A stretch of DNA of 46,554 nt from Capsulimonadales bacterium (GTDB lineage Bacteria > Armatimonadota > Armatimonadia > Armatimonadales > Armatimonadaceae): assembly GCA_033762295.1 (NCBI GenBank), contig JANRLW010000132.1:1-46554 (forward strand), written 5' to 3'. Position numbers and translations under genes: made by a program. The notes below the pieces were generated by a model, which was not told the origin of the DNA, made no database searches, and saw nothing but the letters and a program-made list of their open reading frames with translations. This document shows, one piece after another, positions 26,749 through 37,386 of the stretch (position 1 is its first letter; every line of letters starts with the position of its first letter).

Positions 26749-27930
26749 TCAGAAATCGTCCATGATGAAGACAGGCGCACCCGGCAGCACCCGGCAGAGC
26801 CACCGGAAGCGTTCCTCGTCCCGGATATCGATCCGCCCGGCCGCGCCCAGCTGTTTCAGGGAGGGCATCCCCCAGATCGCCTGAGACATCGCCTGGATAT
26901 CGGTCGCGACATCGGCCTCCTCGGTTCCGATCACGGACGAAACCGCGAGTTTTCCGTCCTCCACGGTGACTTTCCGAAGACCGTCGTTCCAGGGCGCCTG
27001 CTCATCGGCCAGGCGGATTGTCACCGCTCCGTTCGGGACGTCCGGCGGGACCGTCAGCCGGGTCAGCACGGCATCGAAATCGACCACCCGCCCCATGAAG
27101 ACCGGACGGGCCTCGGTCTCCAGTTCCCAGTGATAGACATACGACCAGAGCGGTTGGTCGGACGGGACGCTGACGCGGGCGATCGGACACTGCGTTCCCA
27201 GGTAATGCAGGATGGACAGCAGGGCGCGATGACCTTCCGGCGAATGGACGCAGAAATCGTGACACTGCCCCTGGTTCCCGCCCGCGTCATACCGCCAGCA
27301 GAAGTACTCGCCGGTCGGCTCGTACAGATAGACGTAGGTCGTTCGGCCCTCGTGGTGAGCGAGTTTACCGTTCCAGGCATGGGTCTCCGCCGTGAACATA
27401 CCGTTGTATCGTCGAGCGAAGGCGGCGTAGCCGGGTTCCAGCCGGGCGCGATGCTCCGGTCCGGTGAGACAGACGACCTTCTTGCCCTCGGGATAGGAAC
27501 GGACCTCGCGGAGCGGCAGCTTCATTGCATGGCGTTCGCCGACCCAGTCCCAGCCTTGCTTGCGATAAAACGCCCAGGCGAAGGGGAACAGACTGCTGAC
27601 GGTTTGACCGGATTCGCGCATCACCTCGAGCGACCGGCGCAGGAGTTGTTCGACGAATCCGCGTCCGCGCGCCTCGGCGAAGGTGGCGACGCCGCCGATG
27701 CCGCCCATGGCCAGGATCGTCTCCGCTCCCCAGTAGCAGGTATAGGAGTTAATGATGAGCGAGGCGCGCAGCTGGCCGCTTTCGTACAGTCCCCAGACGC
27801 CCTTCATCTCCGCCGGTTCGGCATCGGGCGCGGGCGGCGGGACCACCCTTCCCTTGCCGAACGCATGGCTCATCAGTTCTTCATGCCGGTGCTTGTCGTC
27901 CGGCGACAATTCGCGAATCTCGATACTCAT
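26749..27930 (-). CDS. Eis-like GNAT acetyltransferase with a C-terminal SCP2-like domain
   Basis: GIGGVATFAEARGRG, SSLFPFAWAFYRKQGW, FMGRVVD, DEQAPWNDG, ends DDF. Confidence 0.9.
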   Translation of the reverse strand: MSIEIRELSPDDKHRHEELMSHAFGKGRVVPPPAPDAEPAEMKGVWGLYESGQLRASLIINSYTCYWGAETILAMGGIGGVATFAEARGRGFVEQLLRRSLEVMRESGQTVSSLFPFAWAFYRKQGWDWVGERHAMKLPLREVRSYPEGKKVVCLTGPEHRARLEPGYAAFARRYNGMFTAETHAWNGKLAHHEGRTTYVYLYEPTGEYFCWRYDAGGNQGQCHDFCVHSPEGHRALLSILHYLGTQCPIARVSVPSDQPLWSYVYHWELETEARPVFMGRVVDFDAVLTRLTVPPDVPNGAVTIRLADEQAPWNDGLRKVTVEDGKLAVSSVIGTEEADVATDIQAMSQAIWGMPSLKQLGAAGRIDIRDEERFRWLCRVLPGAPVFIMDDF

Positions 27931-28026
27931 GCCGTCTCCTTCGGCAGGCGGCGGGACAAGTCCTGCCGTTTATGGCGTGAAAAGGGAATCGCCCTTTTCA
28001 CACACGGAAGCCACTCCGCCAACGGT

Positions 28027-29010
28027 TCATCCGGAGGCAAAAGCCGGGAGCCTATCCGAACGTCGGCGCACCGCTCCCGGCGTCTCCCCCGTCCATCGGC
28101 GATACGTCCGATGGAACGCCGCTTCGGAGGCGTATCCCATTCGCGCGGCGATCTCCCCCACAGTCAGCCGGCTGTCGTGCAGCAGGACTGCCGCCCGGTG
28201 AACCCGCCACCTTGTCAGATACTGGAGCGGCGGTTCTCCCATGACCGACGAAAATCGGGCGGCGAAGGTCGATCGCGAGGAGGCCGCTTCGCGCGCCAGT
28301 GTCTCCACCGTCCAGTTCCGCTCCGGGTGACGATGAATCGCCGTCAGCGCCCGCGCGATTTCCGGGTCCTGCAGCGCCGCCAGCCAGCCCGGCGTCGAGG
28401 CGCCGCTTTTCGGGCAGATCGTTCGGAGTTGTTCCAGGTGGGCGCGAATCGCCTGAATGAATAGAATATCGCACAGACGAGCGATCACCGTATCCGCGCC
28501 AGGGCGCTCACTGGCGGATTCGCAGGCGAGAAACGCCAGGGTCGCCTCCAGCCAGGGTACCGCTTTCCCCTGCTCTCCTCGCACAATCAGGACCGGGGGC
28601 AGCGACGACAGCAGAGGATTGGTCGCGGCATGGCGCAGTCGGAAGGTTCCGCAGACCGTCCCGCAGACCGTCCCCCCGCCACCGAAACAGACCGTTCCAT
28701 CGGAACTGCGGACGGCATTCCGGACCACCCGTTCGATCGGTCGGGCCGGCGTCGCCAGCGAATCCCGCAAACGATGCACCGGACCGTGCGGCAATAGCAC
28801 AAAATCCCCCGTTCTCAGTCGGATCGGTTCCGCCGCCCCATCGATCAGTTCCAGAAAGCACTCCCCCTCGGTGACCACATGGAACGCCGCATCCGCCCCG
28901 TTGTGACGGCGCGGATCGAACTCCGCACCCCAGGGAGCGGTCGAGCGCCCGCGGTGCAGCACGGTGCTGTGCGGTTGAAAAGACGACAGAATCTCGGTCA
29001 GCGGGTCCAT
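28027..29010 (-). CDS. AraC-family regulator with a Cupin_6 N-domain (RclR-like)
   Basis: MDPLTEIL, FHVVTEGEC, GDFVLLPHG, WTVETLA...SRSTFAARF...GEPPLQYLTRWR, GYASEAAF. Confidence 0.93.
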   Translation of the reverse strand: MDPLTEILSSFQPHSTVLHRGRSTAPWGAEFDPRRHNGADAAFHVVTEGECFLELIDGAAEPIRLRTGDFVLLPHGPVHRLRDSLATPARPIERVVRNAVRSSDGTVCFGGGGTVCGTVCGTFRLRHAATNPLLSSLPPVLIVRGEQGKAVPWLEATLAFLACESASERPGADTVIARLCDILFIQAIRAHLEQLRTICPKSGASTPGWLAALQDPEIARALTAIHRHPERNWTVETLAREAASSRSTFAARFSSVMGEPPLQYLTRWRVHRAAVLLHDSRLTVGEIAARMGYASEAAFHRTYRRWTGETPGAVRRRSDRLPAFASG

Positions 29011-29022
29011 TGGGTCATCCTG

Positions 29023-29068
29023 CGGACGATCAAGCAAAAGAATCGGGTTTTTTGGCATGGATCGTCCG
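29023..29068. promoter_or_regulatory. Inverted-repeat operator between the divergent AraC and NmrA genes
   Basis: CGGACGATC-N28-GATCGTCCG with perfect 9-bp arms. Confidence 0.6.
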
Positions 29069-29125
29069 ATTTATTGGCGATATCCTACCGGCATCGGACA
29101 CAAAAAACGAGGGAGAACGTTGAAA

Positions 29126-30028
29126 ATGGCGAAAATTGTCGTAACGACGCCGACCGGGAACATCGGTCATGTGGTGACGGATCGTCTGCTGGACGCGGGC
29201 GCGGAGGTGACGGTCATCGCGCGGAACCCGTCCAAACTGAAGGAATCGGTGCGCCAGCGGGCGCGTGTCGTGACGGGCGATCAGTTCGATCCGGCGGTGA
29301 CGCGCGAGGCGTCGAAGGGAGCGGACGCCCTGTTCTGGCTGACCCCGCCGACCTTCGACACACCGGACTGGCGCGCCTACTTCGAACGCAGCGCCGAAGT
29401 AGCGACCGAAGCGGTTCGAACCAACGGCATTCCGTATGTCGTGCATCTTTCCAGTGGCGGCGCGGACCGTCCGACCGGATATGGGCCGGTCAGCTTTTTA
29501 CACCCGGTCGAACGGAGTCTGGCCGCCACCGGGGCGAACGTTCTGCAACTGCGCCCGGGGTACTTCTATGAAAACTTCCTCGCCTCGTTGCCGACCATCC
29601 GGGATATGGGAACGATCTACGGCGTTCCGAAACCGGAGACCGTTTATCCGATGATTGCCACTCGCGATATCGGCGAGGCGGCGGCGCGTCAGTTACTGGC
29701 GCTCGATTGGAAAGGGGAGCGCATCCTCGGGCTGCACGGTCCGGCGGATACGCCCTCCTTCGGGGAGGCGGCGCGTATCCTCGGGGAGGCGATCGGGAAG
29801 CCGGTGCAATACGTTCAGGTGCCGACCTCCGCACTTCAGGATCAGCTTCGCGGCATGGGCGCGTCGGAATCGGTCGCTGTGAGCTACGGCGAGTTGTTCG
29901 AGGCGCTGGATCGCGGCGAGCAACCGGCCGAACCCCGGACACCGGAAACGACCACCCCGACGCGTCTTTACGACTGGGCCAGGGAGGTTCTGGCACCGCT
30001 GATCCAAACTCCTCTTAGCGGATCTTAG
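29126..30028 (+). CDS. NmrA-family NAD(P)H-binding protein
   Basis: IVVTTPTGNIG, LRPGYFYEN, IATRDIG, ETTTPT; GGGAG RBS. Confidence 0.92.
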   Translation: MAKIVVTTPTGNIGHVVTDRLLDAGAEVTVIARNPSKLKESVRQRARVVTGDQFDPAVTREASKGADALFWLTPPTFDTPDWRAYFERSAEVATEAVRTNGIPYVVHLSSGGADRPTGYGPVSFLHPVERSLAATGANVLQLRPGYFYENFLASLPTIRDMGTIYGVPKPETVYPMIATRDIGEAAARQLLALDWKGERILGLHGPADTPSFGEAARILGEAIGKPVQYVQVPTSALQDQLRGMGASESVAVSYGELFEALDRGEQPAEPRTPETTTPTRLYDWAREVLAPLIQTPLSGS

Positions 30029-30489
30029 TCGCCGGTTTTCCGGGGACCGGGAGTCGATTCCTCGTCCGGATCGATCACGCGGCCGGTTTTCAGGTCCCAA
30101 ACGCGGACGATGCCATTCGCCATCGCCGGGTAGCGCAGGGCCAGTTCCAGGCGCACCCGGCGCGGGCTTTCCCAGACGGCCCGGAGCGCACGGTAGTCGT
30201 TCGGAGAGATTCGCTCGGTCCACAGGGTCCGGCCCCGGGCATCGGTGATTGTAAGGCATCCGTCGATTTGCGCCACGAACCGCCGCGTCCCCTCCGGGGA
30301 AGCGACGGTCACCGCGCGTTCCAGGAGCGGTGGCTTGCCGGAAAGGCGATCCGCCAGCATGGCCGCGCCCCCTGCGACGGCGAGACAGCCAAAGTACAGG
30401 CCGAACGGACCGAAGACGAGCAGGGCGAACACGATTGTCGTGACCGCGTACCAATCCGTCGGTTTCCACGGTACGCGAGACGGTTCCAC
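30025..30489 (-). CDS. Hypothetical membrane protein
   Basis: Two hydrophobic N-terminal segments; lies just downstream of the AAA ATPase. Start (GTG 30489) is uncertain. Confidence 0.6.
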   Translation of the reverse strand: MEPSRVPWKPTDWYAVTTIVFALLVFGPFGLYFGCLAVAGGAAMLADRLSGKPPLLERAVTVASPEGTRRFVAQIDGCLTITDARGRTLWTERISPNDYRALRAVWESPRRVRLELALRYPAMANGIVRVWDLKTGRVIDPDEESTPGPRKTGD

Positions 30490-30502
30490 GGTCGGTCTCG
30501 CC

Positions 30503-31714
30503 CTATTCCCGCCGGAGGTTTTCCAGCGCGAGTTCGAAATCCTGCGGCGTGAGCGCCCTCGTGCCGCCATGGTCTTCGAGTCGGATCAGGGCCTGCATTC
30601 CCGCCTCGTTGACCAGCGCGCGCAGGTCGGCCCCGCTGAAGCCCTCGGTCTCTCCGGCCAGCAGGTCGAGATCGATCCCTTCGTCCATCAGCGCCGGGCG
30701 GGTCTGCAGTTCGAGGATCGACCGACGCGCGGTCCGGTCGGGCAGCGGAATCTCCATCTGGCGGGAGAGCCTTCCGCCGCGCAGCAGGGCGGGATCGAGC
30801 ATGTCGGGCCGGTTCGTTGCCCCGATCACAAAGACGCCGGAGTTCGGGGTCAGGCCGTCCATTTCCTGCAGGAACTGGTTGACCACCTTATCCGAAAACA
30901 TATAGACCCCGCCGGTGCGGATCGGGATCAGGGCATCGATCTCGTCCAGAAAGAGGATGGCGGGCGGGTTCTGTCGCGCCTCGGTGAACAGCCGGGCGAC
31001 CGCCTTTTCGGATTCGCCCATCCACATCTGGTTCGTCTCGGCGGGCGTGGTGGTCAGGAAGCGGCATTTGGCCTGCGCGGCCAGAACACGGGCGATCGTG
31101 GTTTTGCCGGTGCCGGGCGGCCCGTAGAGCAGCAGTCCGCTCGGCGGTTCGACCCCGAGGGAACGCGCCTGCGCCGGGTTTTCCAGCAGTTTCTGCAGCT
31201 GGCGCAGTTCGCGTTTCGTGCGTTCGGGCAGAATCACATCGTCCCAGGTCAGAACCCGAACGGCCTCCCGCTTCACCGTGGCGGTCGTTTTCCGGACCGC
31301 GCCGCCATCCAGCACCGCCAGAAAGGCGGCGAACTCCTGGTTCTGCGGTTCGAGTTCGGTCGCCCGACGGGCGGCGGTCAGCGCGGCGCTCGCCTCCCCC
31401 AGATACCGCAGGGACTGCGCGCGCCGAAAATGGTTCTCGCCGAAGTCCGGAGCGAGCAGCACCACCTGATCGAAATGCGCGAGCGCGGCTCGCATCTCCG
31501 CCCGGTACTCCTCGATCCACCGGGTCTGGCCGATCGCCCGTGAGGCCGCCACCGCCGCCAGACCGACGACGGCCGCCAGGACGTCCGCGCCCGGCGGCGC
31601 TTTTTCCTCGCGAACGGTCATGCCGTAGGGCAGGATGTTCTCGCCGCGCCGCAGATGCAGCAAGCCGCGGGTGAAATGCAGTTCGGCTTCCGGGGTTAAT
31701 TCGCTCCTTGTCAT
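30503..31714 (-). CDS. TPR + AAA+ ATPase (classical FtsH/Cdc48 clade)
   Basis: TPR-like N-terminus; TWDDVIL, YGPPGTGKT, pore loop MWMGES, FLDEID, IGATNRPDMLDPALLRGGRL, GFSGADL. Confidence 0.92.
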   Translation of the reverse strand: MTRSELTPEAELHFTRGLLHLRRGENILPYGMTVREEKAPPGADVLAAVVGLAAVAASRAIGQTRWIEEYRAEMRAALAHFDQVVLLAPDFGENHFRRAQSLRYLGEASAALTAARRATELEPQNQEFAAFLAVLDGGAVRKTTATVKREAVRVLTWDDVILPERTKRELRQLQKLLENPAQARSLGVEPPSGLLLYGPPGTGKTTIARVLAAQAKCRFLTTTPAETNQMWMGESEKAVARLFTEARQNPPAILFLDEIDALIPIRTGGVYMFSDKVVNQFLQEMDGLTPNSGVFVIGATNRPDMLDPALLRGGRLSRQMEIPLPDRTARRSILELQTRPALMDEGIDLDLLAGETEGFSGADLRALVNEAGMQALIRLEDHGGTRALTPQDFELALENLRRE

Positions 31715-31936
31715 AGGTCCTCTTAAATTCTACCTTTCTTTTGGTACGAAACCGGAAACCCCCGTGTCGTCGTGCGTGGTACTATGGAAAGGCAAAGTTT
31801 CGCTTCCGGAAGAGGAATCCTGCGGAAGAGATGCCCTTTCGCCGGAGTTCGCAGCGACCTTTCCCTGCGACACTATTCTTGGAAACGCGAGGCCGGGTTC
31901 CGTATTCCGGCGGCCTTGTGAGGAGTTGGAACGTAA

Positions 31937-32386
31937 ATGAAGACGACGACGGGCCGACGGACGGCAGCGATGCTGACGGCAACCGGCTTTTTATTGCTGT
32001 CCCTGCCGGGTATGGCGCAGACCCCCACCACGATCCCCACCAGCCAGGCGGAGTTCGAGAAGCAGGTCGGTATTACCGCGGACCAGAAAAAGAGGATGGA
32101 CGCGCTGAACAAGAAGTATCAGCCGCAGTTTGCCAAGATCCAGAACAAGTACAAGCCGGATTTCGACAAACTGCAGCAGCAGATGCAGGCGCTCCAGCAG
32201 AAGGCGATGACTCTTCGACAGAAGATGCAGACCGAAGCCAATCCTCTTCAGCAGCAGATGCAGAAAGAGGCGGATTCGATCCTGACCCCCGCGCAGCGGG
32301 AAAAGATCAAGCAGATCAACGCCGCCATGCAACAGCAACGCTCCGCCATGCAGGGCGCGGGCGGCGGTCTCCCCGGTCAGCCCTGA
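31937..32386 (+). CDS. Secreted Spy/CpxP-like helical protein
   Basis: Signal peptide, GITADQKK and ILTPAQREK (LTxxQ motifs), Gln/Met-rich. Confidence 0.75.
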   Translation: MKTTTGRRTAAMLTATGFLLLSLPGMAQTPTTIPTSQAEFEKQVGITADQKKRMDALNKKYQPQFAKIQNKYKPDFDKLQQQMQALQQKAMTLRQKMQTEANPLQQQMQKEADSILTPAQREKIKQINAAMQQQRSAMQGAGGGLPGQP

Positions 32387-32455
32387 TCTTGCGATCCCCC
32401 GGTCTCCTGTCGGCTCGTTTACCGGAGGGAATGCCCCGTACGATACAATAGCGTT

Positions 32456-32827
32456 CGGAGCGGGACGGGTGGTCGCGGCAGTTCTCTGCCGAGGAAAGTC
32501 CGGGCTGCGCAGGGCGCGATGCTTGCTAACGGCAAGGCGGGGTGACCCGACGGAAAGTGCAACAGAAAGATACCGCCGAAGGGTTGGTTCCGTGTCCGGT
32601 GCGCCGAAGACGGAACCAACCCTTCGGTAAGGGTGAAATGGTGCGGCAAGAGCGCACCGGCGGCGTGGTGACACGTCGGCCCGGCAAACCCCATCGGCAG
32701 CAAGGTTCGACAGGAGGCGTTGACGCGGCCCGCCGAGTCTCCGGGTGAACCGCATGAGGCGGCTGGCAACAGTCGTCCCAGAGAGATGACCATACAAATA
32801 CAGAACCCGGCTTACAGGCCCGCTCCG
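32456..32827 (+). ncRNA. rnpB: RNase P RNA (bacterial type A)
   Basis: GAGGAAAGTCCGGGC, GGAAAGTGCAACAGA, AGGGTGAAATGGTGCGGCAAGAGCGCACCG, GGCAAACCCC, ACAGAACCCGGCTTA; P1 ends CGGAGCGGG/CCCGCTCCG; TACAAT -10 at 32444-32449. Confidence 0.98.
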
Positions 32828-32841
32828 ACCGCCCGAATCCT

Positions 32842-33552
32842 ATGACCCTCTCCTCCTCGCCCCGACGCGTCTGGGCCATCGCCGATACCCATCTTTCGTT
32901 CGCCTCGAAAAAGAGCATGGAACGCTTCGGCGGCGAATGGCGCAACCATGCCGAAAAACTGAAAACGAACATCGAGAAGGTGGTCGGGCCGGAGGACGTT
33001 CTGTTGCTGCCGGGCGACCTTTCCTGGGCGACCAGGCGCCGACAGGCCGAACCCGATCTCGACTTCCTGGCCGCTCTGCCGGGAATCAAAGTCTGCTGCA
33101 AGGGCAATCACGACTTCTGGTGGGAGTCCGACAAGCCGATCAACCACCCCGGACTGCACTCGCCGCCGCTGATTCTGGATGACGGCGCGCTCGGCATCGC
33201 CGGGTCGCGCGGATGGTATATTCCGCCGTCGAACACGACGAAAGAGGCGGCCAAACGGGACAACGCGGCCATCGAACGCGAGACCAACCGCCTGCAAAAG
33301 ACGCTGGATGCGATCAAAGACTGCCGGATCAAACTGGTCATCATGCACTATCCGCCGCAGTTATGGCTAAAGCAGATCAAAGGCGCCGGTGTTCCGCTCG
33401 TCGCCTACGGGCATGTGCATCGCAATTCCCTGCCGCAGGACGAGAAACTCGCCTTTCTCGGCGAGGAGTTCGACGGCGTGAAACTCTACTGCGTCGCCTG
33501 CGACCGCATCGACTTCAAACCAAAACTGCTTCTGGAAAAACGAGCGGACTGA
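32842..33552 (+). CDS. Calcineurin-like metallophosphoesterase
   Basis: IADTH, PGDLSW, KGNHD, MHYPP, YGHVH. Confidence 0.93.
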   Translation: MTLSSSPRRVWAIADTHLSFASKKSMERFGGEWRNHAEKLKTNIEKVVGPEDVLLLPGDLSWATRRRQAEPDLDFLAALPGIKVCCKGNHDFWWESDKPINHPGLHSPPLILDDGALGIAGSRGWYIPPSNTTKEAAKRDNAAIERETNRLQKTLDAIKDCRIKLVIMHYPPQLWLKQIKGAGVPLVAYGHVHRNSLPQDEKLAFLGEEFDGVKLYCVACDRIDFKPKLLLEKRAD

Positions 33553-33622
33553 AATACGGCGGAGTGATGGCCGTTGAGTATCGTTTGGAATCATCCTTTG
33601 CCATCGGGCAACCTGCGGTGGT

Positions 33623-34264
33623 TCAATGCTCAGACGGCACGGTCTGCTCCGCCCAGCGGCGAATCTGCTTTGTCCAAACGGAACGCTTTTCTGTGGACAA
33701 TGCCGTCAGCCAGTCCTGAATCTGTTGCGCCGTTAGCCGAGGAATGGCCACACTTTCGGTCTGTTCGACATACGCACCTGCCGATAGAGTCAGAATGGTG
33801 AGTTTGCCGTTTGCATAACGCCAGACTTCGGGAATGCCTATCGCGGCGAAGATCGGATTGCGTGCCATCGAGGAGGCTGTCAGATCGATTTCGATGACAA
33901 GGTCGGGGGCGGGATCTCCCTTTTCGATATCGATCTCCTGCTTACCGCGAACCATTTCAAGGTGATTCAGGTAAAAACAGGTATCCGGTTCAAATCCCTT
34001 GGCCTCACTGTTTTTCTTGAAGGTAGTGGAACCGGCATTGACAAAATCCCATTCCCAGACATCAAGGATCGTTTCGACAATGGCGGCGATGCCCCGGTTA
34101 TCGGTTTCATGTTTGATCAGGGGACTCATGATTTCCAGGGTTCCGTCATTGTAGGCAAGTCGAACCGTACTTTGATTCTCGTAATTCTTGACCAGACATT
34201 CATAGGTATCCCACGAGATATCGGTGAGAATGGCGCGTCCATCCGGCGTGGTTGATATCTTCAT
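33623..34264 (-). CDS. Uma2-family endonuclease-fold protein
   Basis: ISWDTYE...RLAYNDGTLEIMSP..HE, GSTTF, EPDTCFY, PDLVIEID, GIPEVWRY. Confidence 0.93.
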   Translation of the reverse strand: MKISTTPDGRAILTDISWDTYECLVKNYENQSTVRLAYNDGTLEIMSPLIKHETDNRGIAAIVETILDVWEWDFVNAGSTTFKKNSEAKGFEPDTCFYLNHLEMVRGKQEIDIEKGDPAPDLVIEIDLTASSMARNPIFAAIGIPEVWRYANGKLTILTLSAGAYVEQTESVAIPRLTAQQIQDWLTALSTEKRSVWTKQIRRWAEQTVPSEH

Positions 34265-34314
34265 TTGGTCGGCTCCCGGTCTATTGTATCGCCGGACAGG
34301 ACATCCCCACGCAC

Positions 34315-34343
34315 TTGACAGGCGGCGATTCCGCGGCTATACT
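34315..34343 (+). promoter_or_regulatory. Sigma-70 promoter of the pyr operon
   Basis: TTGACA-N17-TATACT. Confidence 0.85.
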
Positions 34344-34354
34344 CCTTCCGATAG

Positions 34355-36033
<1,679 letters not shown>

Positions 36034-36072
36034 ACGGTGTCGGCCTGCCGCCGATAGAGAGAAGACGAACCA

Positions 36073-37353
36073 ATGATTCTGAAAAACGGACATATTATTG
36101 ACCCGGCGGGTGGGACGGACGGCATCGGCGATCTGCGGATCGTCGACGGACGGATCGCCGAACTGGCGGTCGGTTTCTCCCTGGAACCCGCGCCGGACGA
36201 GGAGACGGTCGACTGCGCCGGGAAGGTCGTCGCGCCCGGACTGATCGATATCCATGTCCATCTGCGCGTCCCCGGCCAGGAGTACAAGGAGGACCTGGAG
36301 AGCGGACTGGCGGCGGCGGCGGCGGGCGGTTTCACAGCCGTCGCCTGTATGCCGAACACGAAGCCGGTCATCGACAACGCCTCCATCGTTCGCGACCTCT
36401 ACGCTCAGGCGGAGCGGATCGCCGGCGCGCGCCTCCATGTGATCGCCGCCCTATCCAAGGGGATGCTCAACGCCGAACTGTCGGAGATGGCGGACCTGCA
36501 GGATGCCGGTGCGGTCGCCGTTTCCGACGATGCCTTTCAGGTACAGGACGCCGGATTCCTGCGCCGCGCGATGGAGTACGCCCGGATGCTCGGTCTGCCG
36601 GTGCTGGCCCACTGCGAGGACATCTCGCTGACCGAGGGCGGGGCGATGAACGAAGGGTATGTCTCCACGGTTCTCGGCATCCGGGGCATGCCACGCGAAG
36701 CGTACGAGTCCCATGTCGCGCGTAACTGTCTGCTCTCGCTGAAAACCGGGGCGCATCTGCATGTCCTCCACGTCTCGACCGCGCGGGAGGTGGAAATTCT
36801 GCGCTTCTTCAAGGCGCAGGGAGCGAATGTCACGGCGGAGACCGGCCCGCACTACTGGTGCCTGACCGACGACGCCTGCCGCGGTTACGACCCCCATGCC
36901 AAGATGAACCCGCCCCTTCGCACCGAAGCGGACTGCGCGGCGATCATCGAAGGCTTGAAGGACGGCACCCTCGACGCGATCGCCACCGACCACGCCCCGC
37001 ACGCCGCCTATGAGAAAGCGCAGGAGTTCGCGCTCGCGCCGTTCGGTATCGTCGGTCTGGAAACGTCCCTCGCTCTCGGGATAACCTATCTGGTCAAACC
37101 CGGTCACCTGTCGATGGCGCAGTTGATCGAGCGTATGTCCGCCGCGTCGGCGCGGATTCTCGGTCTGCCGGGCGGCACGCTGTCTCCGGGCGATCCCGCC
37201 GATATCACGGTGATCGATACGGACGCGACGCGTACCGTCGACCCGGACTCGTTCGTCAGCAAGGGCCGGAATACGCCGTTCGGCGGGCGGACGCTGACCG
37301 GAACGGCATTTCTCACGCTGGTGGGCGGCACGATCGTTCACCGGGGCGGTTAG
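36073..37353 (+). CDS. pyrC: Dihydroorotase
   Basis: IDIHVHLRVPG, CMPNT, KMNPPLR, ATDHAPH, SKGRNTPF. Confidence 0.97.
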   Translation: MILKNGHIIDPAGGTDGIGDLRIVDGRIAELAVGFSLEPAPDEETVDCAGKVVAPGLIDIHVHLRVPGQEYKEDLESGLAAAAAGGFTAVACMPNTKPVIDNASIVRDLYAQAERIAGARLHVIAALSKGMLNAELSEMADLQDAGAVAVSDDAFQVQDAGFLRRAMEYARMLGLPVLAHCEDISLTEGGAMNEGYVSTVLGIRGMPREAYESHVARNCLLSLKTGAHLHVLHVSTAREVEILRFFKAQGANVTAETGPHYWCLTDDACRGYDPHAKMNPPLRTEADCAAIIEGLKDGTLDAIATDHAPHAAYEKAQEFALAPFGIVGLETSLALGITYLVKPGHLSMAQLIERMSAASARILGLPGGTLSPGDPADITVIDTDATRTVDPDSFVSKGRNTPFGGRTLTGTAFLTLVGGTIVHRGG

Positions 37354-37386
37354 GCGGCAGGGTTCGAAAAGGATGAAGTCAATACG

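Noticed and set aside
26722..28464. 580-aa plus-strand ORF, and similar long antisense ORFs throughout the window
   Set aside because: They are antisense to well-supported genes (Eis, AraC etc.), have no recognisable motifs, and are typical high-GC shadow ORFs.
31745..31935. Possible c-di-GMP riboswitch or ECF promoter upstream of the Spy-like gene (GGCAAA..., GGAAAC...CGT)
   Set aside because: The second c-di-GMP-I motif (GGxCGCAAAG) is missing and the ECF spacings (14-15 bp) are unconvincing.
32576..32627. Long near-perfect hairpin resembling a MITE or terminator
   Set aside because: It lies inside rnpB at the position of the variable P12 helix.
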